NCBI GenBank assembly: GCA_903879705.1
Contig: CAIRMO010000037.1
Coordinates: forward strand, 3,698-67,697
Length of the DNA: 64,000 nucleotides
Direction: 5' to 3'
Source of the DNA: an uncultured Candidatus Competibacteraceae bacterium
GTDB taxonomy: Bacteria; Pseudomonadota; Gammaproteobacteria; Competibacterales; Competibacteraceae
The position numbers were made by a program, and so were the translations under genes. Below the pieces are notes generated by a model. It did not search any database and had not been told where the DNA came from. It saw nothing but the letters and a program-made list of their open reading frames with translations. Below are positions 30,079-40,192 of the stretch, in pieces; the stretch's first letter is position 1, and each line of letters opens with the position of its first letter.

Positions 30079-30633
30079 TTGGTTGCCCGCCATTGTTCCC
30101 GGCGATGCTTAAGGAAAACTTAAGGCCGAATTTGCGGGCGGCAAGAAAATCGCTGCCGCCTTTTCCGACGCAACAGGTTCGTCAACTGTTCCAGAAGTCT
30201 TCCGCATCTACGCGCCGAAGGATCCGCCCGCTCGCCCGTTATCCAAAGGTTTTTGTTAATAAAGCACTGATTAAAAAATAAAAGATGAGATTGGTTTATC
30301 AAGCCAGATAATTTTTTGTAGAATTCGTTTTTTTATTTTATTTATCAACTTGTTATGTATTTCAGAAAAATATCGTCTTAAAAATTAAATAACTAATATA
30401 ATCAATGTCATGTATCGATTTAGCGAAATTTTCCCGATTTTTTTATGCGCGTCAAAACATTTTCCACTGAAAGCATGGTACGCTTTAAACCATAACATTT
30501 TAGGAACTCGGGATAACCGCCGGCGAGTTTCGGTTTCCCCCAGCCCACCCGTGGAGGTTAACTCTTGAATGAATGCAACGAACCCCGCTGCTCAGCTCAA
30601 TTTTTCCGCCCGAGCGTTACTGGTTTTCGGACA

Positions 30634-31017
30634 ATGATTTTGATGGCCGCCTTAGCCCTGTCCGCCAGCCTCCCGACCGCCGCCGACGCCCGCAGCCCAA
30701 AAACGGCCAAGGCTGCCAGGATGGTGGACGGCCAACAGGTCGGCAAGGCGTCCTGGTACGGACCGGGATTTAATGGCAAGAAAACCGCTAGCGGCCAACC
30801 TTTTAACCAGGATGCGCTCACCGCCGCTCATCCGCGTTTGCCCTTGGGGACCCGGGCCAAGGTCACAAATCTCTATAATGGCAGGGAAGTTGAGGTGACG
30901 ATCAACGACCGTGGACCTCACGGCGGTGGACGGATTATCGACCTGTCCCGTGCCGCAGCGAGGCAACTGGGAATGGGCGGCAGCGCCCGCGTCAGCATTG
31001 TGGCGATCTCGAATTAA
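30634..31017 (+). CDS. RlpA-like double-psi beta-barrel (DPBB) lipoprotein/lytic transglycosylase-like protein
   Basis: Trimmed to ATG 30634 (signal MILMAALALSASLPTAADA). Contains GKASWYGPGFNGKKTASGQPF and VTINDRGP motifs typical of the RlpA DPBB domain. Confidence 0.8.
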   Translation: MILMAALALSASLPTAADARSPKTAKAARMVDGQQVGKASWYGPGFNGKKTASGQPFNQDALTAAHPRLPLGTRAKVTNLYNGREVEVTINDRGPHGGGRIIDLSRAAARQLGMGGSARVSIVAISN

Positions 31018-31181
31018 CTATTGTGCAGCGAGACTCCTTGAATCTCTTTCCGGCAATCGCAAGCGCGCTACCGCGATTCCAGAGCATCCTTGCGACGGAC
31101 CATACTTGACGTCGCGCAGACTCTAAAGCACCATCTTAATTGTGCAGTTAAACTGAGATTTTTAATGAAGAGAGGTTGCCC

Positions 31182-31610
31182 ATGCTGAATTCACGTCGCT
31201 TTGCGACAACCCTGTTATCGCTTGGCCTGGTCGCCAGCCTGACCGGTGGATCGATGGTTCAAGCCGCCGACCCTGCGCCACCCGCCGCCAAAGCCGTTCC
31301 AGCCCCGATTGACCTCTCGTTTCCTGATGGCGAAGATTGGACTACCGCCACCGAACGGGAAAAAATGGCTTACCTGCTCGGCATCCGCGACATGGCGTCA
31401 GCGGAATACCAGTTGACCGGCCCCAATCCCAAGCGTCGCACCCTGGTCGAAAAGCTGGTTAAGGCGCTGGACGGCATGGCCCTGCGGCACATCATGGAAG
31501 CCATCGACGGGTACTACAAGGCGAATCCCGACAAACAGAAGCGATCGATTTTCGAGGTTATCTGGTTCCAACTGGTCGTGCCCAAAGTCGGCCCGGCCAA
31601 GATCAAGTGA
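31182..31610 (+). CDS. Hypothetical exported protein
   Basis: Signal peptide MLNSRRFATTLLSLGLVASLTGGSMVQA, with AGAGAGG 7 nt upstream of the ATG. No recognised domain. Confidence 0.5.
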   Translation: MLNSRRFATTLLSLGLVASLTGGSMVQAADPAPPAAKAVPAPIDLSFPDGEDWTTATEREKMAYLLGIRDMASAEYQLTGPNPKRRTLVEKLVKALDGMALRHIMEAIDGYYKANPDKQKRSIFEVIWFQLVVPKVGPAKIK

Positions 31611-31624
31611 GGGGGCACATAGAT

Positions 31625-31867
31625 ATGAACAAGATAGGCTATTTAATCGTGATTCCGGCGCTGGCGTTGAGCGTCGGCTGCACCAACATGACGCCCACTG
31701 AACAAAGCACCATGAGCGGCGCGGCCATCGGCGCACTGGGCGGCGCGGCTATCGGCGGGTTGAGCGGCGGCAATGCGGGCGTTGGCGCAGTGATTGGCGG
31801 GGCCGCCGGCGCGGTGGTCGGGAATATCTACGGACGGAATCAGCAGCAGCAACGTTCCAACTATTAA
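31625..31867 (+). CDS. Glycine-zipper small lipoprotein (OsmB/YMGG-like)
   Basis: Lipobox LSVGC, then GAAIGALGGAAIGGLSGGNAGVGAVIGGAAGAVVG glycine-zipper repeats. Confidence 0.7.
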   Translation: MNKIGYLIVIPALALSVGCTNMTPTEQSTMSGAAIGALGGAAIGGLSGGNAGVGAVIGGAAGAVVGNIYGRNQQQQRSNY

Positions 31868-31939
31868 GGCTGAAAGCCCCTCTCCTGCTAACGGGCGAGG
31901 GGTTGGGGCGGAGTAGTTTCCTAATCGTTTGAGTGGGGA

Positions 31940-32758
31940 TTAAAGATCCTGTTCAGTCGGAACCGCAGCCAGATCACGACGCAATTCCGCCGCCGCTTCC
32001 CGCAATAACCCGAATACCCGCTTTACCCCTGCGCAGTCATAGTCACGACGCGGCCATTTGAAGTAACCACCGCAACTCTTGAGAAACTCACACGTCCGGC
32101 ATTCTTCCGCAGTCGCCAGGACCTGATCGAACCCGGTCTTTGAATCGGCATCCGGCAAAATCGTCAGATCAGCGCCCGCTAACCGGCCACTCAACGATTC
32201 TGTGCCGTCGGCGGCGATGTAGCGCACGATGCCGGGATTCTCATCCAGAATCAGCCATAACGGGATGGGTTCGTCATGGTAGAACCCCAGCAGCGCCCCG
32301 TGGAAATACTCGACAGGTTGGGCCACGGTCGGTTGGTGCAGATAAAACTCCAGCACCGCCGCCAGTTCCTCGATCAGCGCTGGATCGGGTTGCTCCAACT
32401 CCAGCCGCACTGCAAAATCCAGCGCCGCTGCTGTTTTGACCGCCTTGCCGAAACCCGGCGCCACAGTCATTGCAATCTGCACCGGATGGTTATCGAGCAG
32501 ATTGGTATGGCGATACAGCAATGGAAATTCGGCGGCGGGGTCGCGCATGAGCAGTTCAATGGGTAAACCCGGCGCCCAGGCGTTCAGCGGTTCGGAATCC
32601 GCGTCCAGGTTCAACAGTTGCACCGCAATCACCCGTCCCGGGTCTTCCGGCGTCAGCGCCGCGATCAGCTCGGCCGGATCGCTGGCCCGGACTATCAGCC
32701 TACCCTCGCGATCATCCGGGAGCCGATGGGCGGGGATGTTGTAGATCAGTGAATTCAT
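31940..32758 (-). CDS. Hypothetical protein with a C-terminal SPASM/twitch-like Cys motif (CxxCx5Cx12C) but no CxxxCxxC radical-SAM motif
   Basis: ORF trimmed to ATG 32758 (MNSLIYNIPAHRL), giving 272 aa. There are only four Cys, all within ECRTCEFLKSCGGYFKWPRRDYDC. It lies 50 nt downstream of, and co-directional with, the Gly/Trp repeat gene. Confidence 0.55.
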   Translation of the reverse strand: MNSLIYNIPAHRLPDDREGRLIVRASDPAELIAALTPEDPGRVIAVQLLNLDADSEPLNAWAPGLPIELLMRDPAAEFPLLYRHTNLLDNHPVQIAMTVAPGFGKAVKTAAALDFAVRLELEQPDPALIEELAAVLEFYLHQPTVAQPVEYFHGALLGFYHDEPIPLWLILDENPGIVRYIAADGTESLSGRLAGADLTILPDADSKTGFDQVLATAEECRTCEFLKSCGGYFKWPRRDYDCAGVKRVFGLLREAAAELRRDLAAVPTEQDL

Positions 32759-32808
32759 TACGGGTTGCTCCGGTGGTGAAATCAGGGGTCGCCGGGGATC
32801 GGGATCGA

Positions 32809-33255
32809 TCAACGATTGTACCAACCGCCGCCCTCGCCTTGGCCGTTGTACCAGCCACCGTTGTACCAAGGCCGATTATTCCAGGACCGGTTATACCAAC
32901 CACGGTTATTCCAGGGCCGGTCATACCCGCCGCCGGTGTTGTACCAGCCACCGCCGCCCAGGTTGATCCAGCCGCCACCCCAGCCGCCACCCCAGCCACC
33001 GCCCCAGCCGCCACCACCCAAATTGACCCAACTGCCGTTGCCGCCGCCCCGATTACCCCAGCCCAATGCCTTGGCGTCACGTTCGGGCGTGACCAAGCCA
33101 CCGCCCAGCAGAACGCCGCCGATCACGGCTTTCGACCAGCGCCCCAGACTGACCAGGAAATCCCGGCGACGGTGTTGTTGTTCATCCAGCGGCGCTGGCG
33201 CGCTGTCCTGTGGTTGGGGATTTGCCGACATGGATTTGTCTTCTTGATCAGTCAT
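32809..33255 (-). CDS. Tat-signal Gly/Trp/Asn-rich repeat protein (GrrA-like/triceptide-precursor-like)
   Basis: - ATG at 33255 is preceded by GGAGGTGG.
- Twin-arginine motif RRRDFLVSLG, an h-region and AKA follow.
- The C-terminal roughly 85 aa are almost entirely G, W, N, R and Y.
- They contain a GGGW x4 run and 10 W-x-N triplets. Confidence 0.65.
   Translation of the reverse strand: MTDQEDKSMSANPQPQDSAPAPLDEQQHRRRDFLVSLGRWSKAVIGGVLLGGGLVTPERDAKALGWGNRGGGNGSWVNLGGGGWGGGWGGGWGGGWINLGGGGWYNTGGGYDRPWNNRGWYNRSWNNRPWYNGGWYNGQGEGGGWYNR
32968..33015 (-). repeat. Tandem 12-nt coding repeat (CCAGCCGCCACC x4 on the plus strand, encoding GGGW x4)
   Basis: Four consecutive 12-mers read directly from the sequence; the third copy has the variant CCAGCCACCGCC. 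Confidence 0.85.
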
Positions 33256-33375
33256 AAACCACCTCCGCCTTTGTAAACGACATCGAATTTTTCCCCAGGC
33301 TGTATCATTATCCACTACATTATCGATGCATCCTCCCTAAATTTCTGCTGAACGCCCATCTTGCAGGTTGATTCC

Positions 33376-35646
33376 ATGCCTTATCGCTCGCGCCATCGCC
33401 GCCGTTTTCACCGATCTGGCATCCTGTTGCTGGCTTTGTTGATGTTGACAGGTTTTGATCCGGCGCTGGATGCCGTAGCAGCCGGATCGGGACGTTCTCG
33501 CGTTGGTTTGGTGTTGGGCGGGGGCGGCGCTCGCGGCATCGCGCACATCGGCGTCCTGAAAATGCTGGAGGAACTGCGGATTCCCGTGGACTGCATCGCC
33601 GGTACCAGTATGGGATCGATCATCGGCGGCTTGTACGCTTCCGGTATGACGCCCGACCAAATGAACGAAGCCGTGCAACGGATCGACTGGCCAAAGGCGT
33701 TTACCGACGGCCCACCCCGCGCCGATCTGCCGTTTCGCATCAAAGAGGAACAGCGGGTTTTGTTAACCGATGTTGGCGTTGGGGTCAAGGACTGGAGCGT
33801 GCAACTGCCCAGAAGTCTGTTGCAGGGTCAGAATTTGTCGCTGCTGCTGGAGGCATTGGCGCTGCCGGCAGCGGAAATCCACAATTTCGATCGATTGCGG
33901 ATTCCCTACCGGGCAGTAGCGACCGATTTAGCGACGGGTAAGCCGGTGGTGCTGGGTTCCGGCAACCTGGCGACAGCGATGCGGGCCAGCATGTCCATCC
34001 CCAGCGCCCTGGCGCCGGTGGAGCTGGATGGCAAACTGCTGGTGGACGGCGGTGTGTCGGACAACGTGCCGGTAGACGTTGCCCGCGCCCTCTGCAAACC
34101 CGATGTCATTATTGCCGTGGACGTAGGCGCGCCGCTGGCCCCGGCCAGTGAATTGACCTCGGTGCTGTCCATCACCGCGCAACTCACCACTATCCTGACC
34201 GTCCGCAATGTTGAGGAACAAATGAAAACGCTGGGTCCGAAAGATATCCGGATCACGCCTGATCTCAAGGATATTGGCAGCATTGATTTCGACCGTTCCG
34301 CCGAAGCGGTCCAAATCGGCTATGCGGCAGCCCAGACTCAACACAACGCCCTAAGCCGGCTATCGATATCGCCGGACGATTATCGAGCCTGTCTGGCGGC
34401 CCGACCGGAGATCGTGCCCAATACCGATCAGCCCGTCATCAACTTTATCCGGGTCAAGAACAACACCCGACTGGCTAACGAGGTGATTGAGAAACAGCTG
34501 CATATCCAGCCGGGTGATCGACTTGATCCGCAACAACTGAACCGTAATCTCAATGTAATTTATGGCATGGGCGATTTTCAACAGGTGGACTACTCGCTAG
34601 TCGAGGAAGACGGCAAGACTGGGCTGCTGATCGAGGCCAGAGAGCAATATATTGGAGATAACCGGCTAAATTTTGGTCTTTTTTTGGGAGCGAATCTGAA
34701 GGGTGATTCCATGTTCAACATCAGCGCGGCCTACACCATGTCGCAACTGAATCCGTTGGGCGGGCAATGGCGCAACTTTGTCCAAATCGGCGGCAACCTC
34801 GCGCTGGAAACTGACTTTTACCAGCCGCTCAATGCCGATCAGGATTATTACCTCGATCCCTACTTGAGCTATCAGCAATACAACCTGGATTTACAAGATA
34901 AAACCTCCGCTGCGACCAGCGCCAGCTATCGGGTGCGTCAAGCGGGATTGGGGCTGGAACTGGGCCGGAACCTGGAGCATTGGGGGCGGCTGTCGCTGGG
35001 GTTGCATTACAGCGCCGGGCGAAACGATCTGCGCTTCGGGCAATCTCCGGGTGACAAAAGCGAGTTCGATAACGAAGGCGAGTTCAACAACAGCGGTTAT
35101 TCGCTTCGCTTGGCGGCAGATACCCTGGACAACATCAACTTCCCGACTTCAGGGGACTACGCCAACCTCCGCTACTACAGCGCCTTAACCGGGCTGGGGG
35201 CCGACCAGAATTTCCAGACCCTGAGCCTGGATGCCTTCAAGCCTTACACCTGGGGCAGGTCCACCCTGATTCCGCGCTTCCGGCTGGCAGGTACGCTGGA
35301 TGGCGATCCCGGCGTGGAAAACCTGTTCCTGTTGGGCGGTTTCCTCAACCTGTCGGGTTATCAAATCGGTCAGCTTTCCGGGCAATACCTCGCCTTTGGG
35401 GAACTGATCTACCTGTACCGGCTCAACGACGCCTCAGCAGCGTTCACCATTCCGCTCTACGCCGGCGCTTCGCTGGAAGTCGGTGGGGCATGGATGAATA
35501 CCGATGAGATCAGCAGCGACTCGCTGATTCCGGCGGGCAGTCTGTTTCTGGGCGCCGACACGCCATTGGGGCCGTTTTATCTAGGTGCGGGTTTCGCCGA
35601 TGGCAGCCATGCCTCGCTGTACATGATGCTGGGTAAGCTGTTCTGA
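33376..35646 (+). CDS. Patatin-like phospholipase fused to POTRA plus an Omp85-type beta-barrel (PlpD-like, type Vd secretion)
   Basis: Signal peptide, GGGGARG oxyanion motif, GTSMGS lipase serine, DGGVSDN catalytic Asp, then about 400 aa rich in beta-strands ending in the aromatic terminus MMLGKLF. Confidence 0.87.
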   Translation: MPYRSRHRRRFHRSGILLLALLMLTGFDPALDAVAAGSGRSRVGLVLGGGGARGIAHIGVLKMLEELRIPVDCIAGTSMGSIIGGLYASGMTPDQMNEAVQRIDWPKAFTDGPPRADLPFRIKEEQRVLLTDVGVGVKDWSVQLPRSLLQGQNLSLLLEALALPAAEIHNFDRLRIPYRAVATDLATGKPVVLGSGNLATAMRASMSIPSALAPVELDGKLLVDGGVSDNVPVDVARALCKPDVIIAVDVGAPLAPASELTSVLSITAQLTTILTVRNVEEQMKTLGPKDIRITPDLKDIGSIDFDRSAEAVQIGYAAAQTQHNALSRLSISPDDYRACLAARPEIVPNTDQPVINFIRVKNNTRLANEVIEKQLHIQPGDRLDPQQLNRNLNVIYGMGDFQQVDYSLVEEDGKTGLLIEAREQYIGDNRLNFGLFLGANLKGDSMFNISAAYTMSQLNPLGGQWRNFVQIGGNLALETDFYQPLNADQDYYLDPYLSYQQYNLDLQDKTSAATSASYRVRQAGLGLELGRNLEHWGRLSLGLHYSAGRNDLRFGQSPGDKSEFDNEGEFNNSGYSLRLAADTLDNINFPTSGDYANLRYYSALTGLGADQNFQTLSLDAFKPYTWGRSTLIPRFRLAGTLDGDPGVENLFLLGGFLNLSGYQIGQLSGQYLAFGELIYLYRLNDASAAFTIPLYAGASLEVGGAWMNTDEISSDSLIPAGSLFLGADTPLGPFYLGAGFADGSHASLYMMLGKLF

Positions 35647-35658
35647 GCGGGGGACGCT

Positions 35659-36000
35659 GTGATTACCAGCAACGATGGCAACCTGTTCGCCAATCTCCCG
35701 AACCCGCGGGCGGAGGAGCAATCTAGTCTGCTGCTGCAAACCGGTTCTTGCCGGTTGGAGCGGATTGTCTCGATGGGCCACGCGACACCGCCGGGCGAGT
35801 GGTATGACCAGGACGAGGATGAATGGGTGGCGTTGATACAAGGTCGAGCCAAGTTGCGGTTGGCCGGCGAGGTGCATATCCGAAAATTAAGTCCTGGCGA
35901 TTATGTGTGGCTTCCGGCGCATTGCCGGCATCGGGTCGAATGGACCAGCGAACAACCGCCGGCGGTCTGGCTGGCGCTGCATCTCAAGGGTAGCGATTGA
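35659..36000 (+). CDS. Cupin-domain protein
   Basis: 113 aa from a GTG start. GEWYDQDEDEWVALIQGRAKLRL...GDYVWLPAHCRHRVEW resembles a small cupin_2 barrel. Confidence 0.65.
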   Translation: MITSNDGNLFANLPNPRAEEQSSLLLQTGSCRLERIVSMGHATPPGEWYDQDEDEWVALIQGRAKLRLAGEVHIRKLSPGDYVWLPAHCRHRVEWTSEQPPAVWLALHLKGSD

Positions 36001-36107
36001 TCGGGACCACGATTCAGTCGGATTTCAGCTTAACCTTGCAAAATGACCGGCCTATGGCATGATCGATCTGAATCGCAAGCTACTTAATCGCAATCGAAGG
36101 AGAGCAA

Positions 36108-36575
36108 ATGGACAAGCAACGGGCACTGATTCTGGCGAGTGGAATTCTGGGTGCGAGCCTTCTGACGGCGGTTCATGCCGCGGATCCAAAACCGCAGGAT
36201 GTCGCTGAGTATCGCAAGGCGGTCTACACGGTGGTCGGCTGGAACTTCAAACCGATCGGCGCGATGGTCAAGGGTGAAATTCCGTTTGACGCCGCCGCCG
36301 TCGCCCGGCACGCCCAGTATGTGGCGCTGATGAGCCAGGCGGCTCCAGAGGGTTTTGCCAAGGGTTCGGGGCCGGATGCCGTCAAGGATACCGAGGCCAA
36401 GCCGGAAATCTGGACCAATCCGGATAAGTTCAAGACCGCCATGACCAACTTCCAGCAGGAAGCGGCCAAACTGACCGAAGTCGCCAAGGCCGGCCAGGAA
36501 GCCGACATCAAGGCGCAGTTCGGCAAAACCGCCGAAACCTGCAAGGCGTGTCACAAGGAATTCAGAAACGATTGA
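36108..36575 (+). CDS. Cytochrome c' (class II c-type cytochrome)
   Basis: 155 aa with a signal peptide, helical-bundle-like composition and a single C-terminal haem motif CKACHKEF. Confidence 0.85.
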   Translation: MDKQRALILASGILGASLLTAVHAADPKPQDVAEYRKAVYTVVGWNFKPIGAMVKGEIPFDAAAVARHAQYVALMSQAAPEGFAKGSGPDAVKDTEAKPEIWTNPDKFKTAMTNFQQEAAKLTEVAKAGQEADIKAQFGKTAETCKACHKEFRND

Positions 36576-36604
36576 TCGCATCGTCAACAGTCGCGATTGA
36601 CGCG

Positions 36605-36636
36605 AAGGCCATGCCCCGGCATGGCCTTTTCGTTTT
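36605..36636 (+). terminator. Rho-independent terminator between the convergent cytochrome c' and cytochrome b561 genes
   Basis: AAGGCCATG-CCCCGG-CATGGCCTT stem-loop followed by TTTTCGTTTT. Confidence 0.65.
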
Positions 36637-36647
36637 CGGCAGTCGGG

Positions 36648-37322
36648 TTAGCGCACCAGCCATCCGACCGCGACCACGGCAACCGCCAGCGCCGCCAGTC
36701 CTAGCCACGGACTGACCATTCGCGGCGCTGATCCAGCCAGTTCCGGCGACAACTGTTTGCGCCCGCTCAACATCGGGTAGATCAGGTTTTCGTGCTTGAC
36801 CAGCAAGTAAAACAGCACCGCCGAAATATGAACGGCGATCACCAGCAGGAGCAGATTAAAGTTGACTTTATGAACCGTGGTCAGCCCGTTGCTCATGCTT
36901 TTGGAGACCCAGCCGGACAGCGGCCCATCGAAGCTAATGTCGTCGTTGGCGAACAGGCCGGTGCCGGCCTGAATCAGCAACAAAGTCAGCAGCGCCAGAA
37001 TCGACCAGCCGCCCATCGGGTTATGGCCCAGATACAGCGGCGTCTCACCCCGCAGCAACGCCTTCACATACTCCAGCGCCGCGTCCGGCCCCCGGACAAA
37101 GTGGCTGAATCGGGCAGTATCGCTACCAGCGAAGCCCCACATCAGCCGGAATAACACCAGCGTCAGCACCGTATAGCCGCCCCAGACGTGGTATTGCAAC
37201 GCGCTGTCGCTCTCGGTGGTCAGCCATTGGGCGATCATTAGCGCCACCAGGGTCCAGTGAAACAGCCGGGTCGGCAAATCCCAGACGGGGACGGTTTGTG
37301 GCAGGGGATTGGATTTGGGCAT
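36648..37322 (-). CDS. Cytochrome b561 family protein (CybB-like, 4 TM)
   Basis: Trimmed to ATG 37322. VWDLPTRLFHWTLVALMIAQWLT and conserved His residues in TM helices (HVWGGY, HISAVLFY). Confidence 0.83.
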   Translation of the reverse strand: MPKSNPLPQTVPVWDLPTRLFHWTLVALMIAQWLTTESDSALQYHVWGGYTVLTLVLFRLMWGFAGSDTARFSHFVRGPDAALEYVKALLRGETPLYLGHNPMGGWSILALLTLLLIQAGTGLFANDDISFDGPLSGWVSKSMSNGLTTVHKVNFNLLLLVIAVHISAVLFYLLVKHENLIYPMLSGRKQLSPELAGSAPRMVSPWLGLAALAVAVVAVGWLVR

Positions 37323-37438
37323 GGCAGGTTCCTCGTTGCAGAGATGGAAAAGCAATTATTGACCCGAAATCGCCGCTTGAGTTAATTTGCAAGTCATGAA
37401 ACATCCGCGATCCATCGAACGGTTTGAACTGCGACTGA

Positions 37439-39253
<1,815 letters not shown>

Positions 39254-39298
39254 TCCGGGCATGATCAAAGTAGCTATCTGGTTTCACCACAGCAGTTG

Positions 39299-39360
39299 AG
39301 GGACACTACCGAAAATGGCAGGGATTTGGAAAACTGGCTAACGGCGGATAGGGACACTAC
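39299..39360 (+). promoter_or_regulatory. Two perfect 11-bp direct repeats AGGGACACTAC spaced 51 bp apart, upstream of the AraC-family gene
   Basis: Copies at 39299..39309 and 39350..39360, read directly from the sequence. Candidate operator half-sites; speculative. Confidence 0.25.
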
Positions 39361-39413
39361 ACTTTCATTGATTCTCCAGTTCCCATTCCACCATCAATCG
39401 GGAAAGCGCTATC

Positions 39414-40181
39414 TTGAGTACGCTGTACATTTGGCAAAATCGCGGCTTTTTCATGGGCCGCCTGCCGGACATTTCCGAACACCGGCTCGGCTCTGCCGCG
39501 CTGTGCGTGGGCATCGACAAATCCTTCCAGGTGCTGGAAAGCGAGGGCAGCGGCTGGCAAGAATGTCGGATTGTGTTGGTCCCGCCCGGCTGTCTCCACG
39601 AAATCCATGTGAGCGGGGCGATCCTGGCAATCCTGTTTATTGAACCGGAAAGCCCTGATTACCCCGCGATCCAGAACGCCATGCTTGACGGCGAATGGCA
39701 ATGCCTCTACGGCCTGGCCCACGAAGAAGAGGTGCTGGCCGCGCTCTGCGACGCTTGGGAGTGCCCGCCGGATGCCGCCGTCATTCACGATCTGATCGAC
39801 CGGTTGATTCCGCCGCCGACCCCGGAGGAGCGCCAACCGTTGCTCGATGGGCGGATTCAGCGGGTGATTCAGTTAATGAAAGAAGATGTGACCCGCAGCT
39901 ATTCGATGAACGAACTGGCCGAGTACATCAACCTGTCGCCGACCCGCCTGGTGCATTTGTTCAAGGAGGAAGTCGGAGTGCCGATCCGACGTTTCCGGCA
40001 ATGGCACCGGATGCGTGTGGTGGCGGCCTTGATCGCCAAAGGCGACACCCTGACCGACGCGGCGCTGGGTGCGGGCTTTGCGGATTCGTCGCATTTTAGC
40101 CGCGCCTTCCGCAACATGTTCGGCATTACCCCGTCTTCGGTTTTTGGTCGCGCCGCCAATGTGCGGATCGTGATCGCCTGA
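39414..40181 (+). CDS. AraC-family transcriptional regulator
   Basis: C-terminal dual HTH (YSMNELAEYINLSPTRLVHLFKEEVGVP...AALGAGFADSSHFSRAFRNMFGITPS). The TTG start at 39414 is uncertain; ATG at 39453 is the alternative. Confidence 0.83.
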   Translation: MSTLYIWQNRGFFMGRLPDISEHRLGSAALCVGIDKSFQVLESEGSGWQECRIVLVPPGCLHEIHVSGAILAILFIEPESPDYPAIQNAMLDGEWQCLYGLAHEEEVLAALCDAWECPPDAAVIHDLIDRLIPPPTPEERQPLLDGRIQRVIQLMKEDVTRSYSMNELAEYINLSPTRLVHLFKEEVGVPIRRFRQWHRMRVVAALIAKGDTLTDAALGAGFADSSHFSRAFRNMFGITPSSVFGRAANVRIVIA

Positions 40182-40192
40182 GCCGGGCGGCG

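Noticed and set aside
30079-30200. SigmaE-type promoter (GGAACA-N17-TCGGA-like strings) upstream of the HtrA gene
   Set aside because: The matches to GGAACTT-N16-TCAAA are weak, with off spacing and a poor -10 element. I cannot distinguish them from chance without a position-weight model.
29991-30302. ORFs 29991..30281 (+) and 30120..30302 (-) in the HtrA upstream region
   Set aside because: They have no ribosome-binding context, overlap each other, run into the AT-rich promoter region and carry no motifs. They are likely non-coding.
32816-33247. Pro-rich 143-aa plus-strand ORF mirroring the Gly/Trp repeat gene
   Set aside because: GGN/CCA repeats inevitably give a Pro-rich antisense frame. 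The minus-strand frame has a strong SD, a Tat-type signal peptide and operon context. Some residual uncertainty remains without expression data.
39296-39643. 115-aa plus-strand ORF overlapping the AraC gene start
   Set aside because: It is out of frame with the AraC-family CDS, whose HTH motifs are clear, and has no features of its own.
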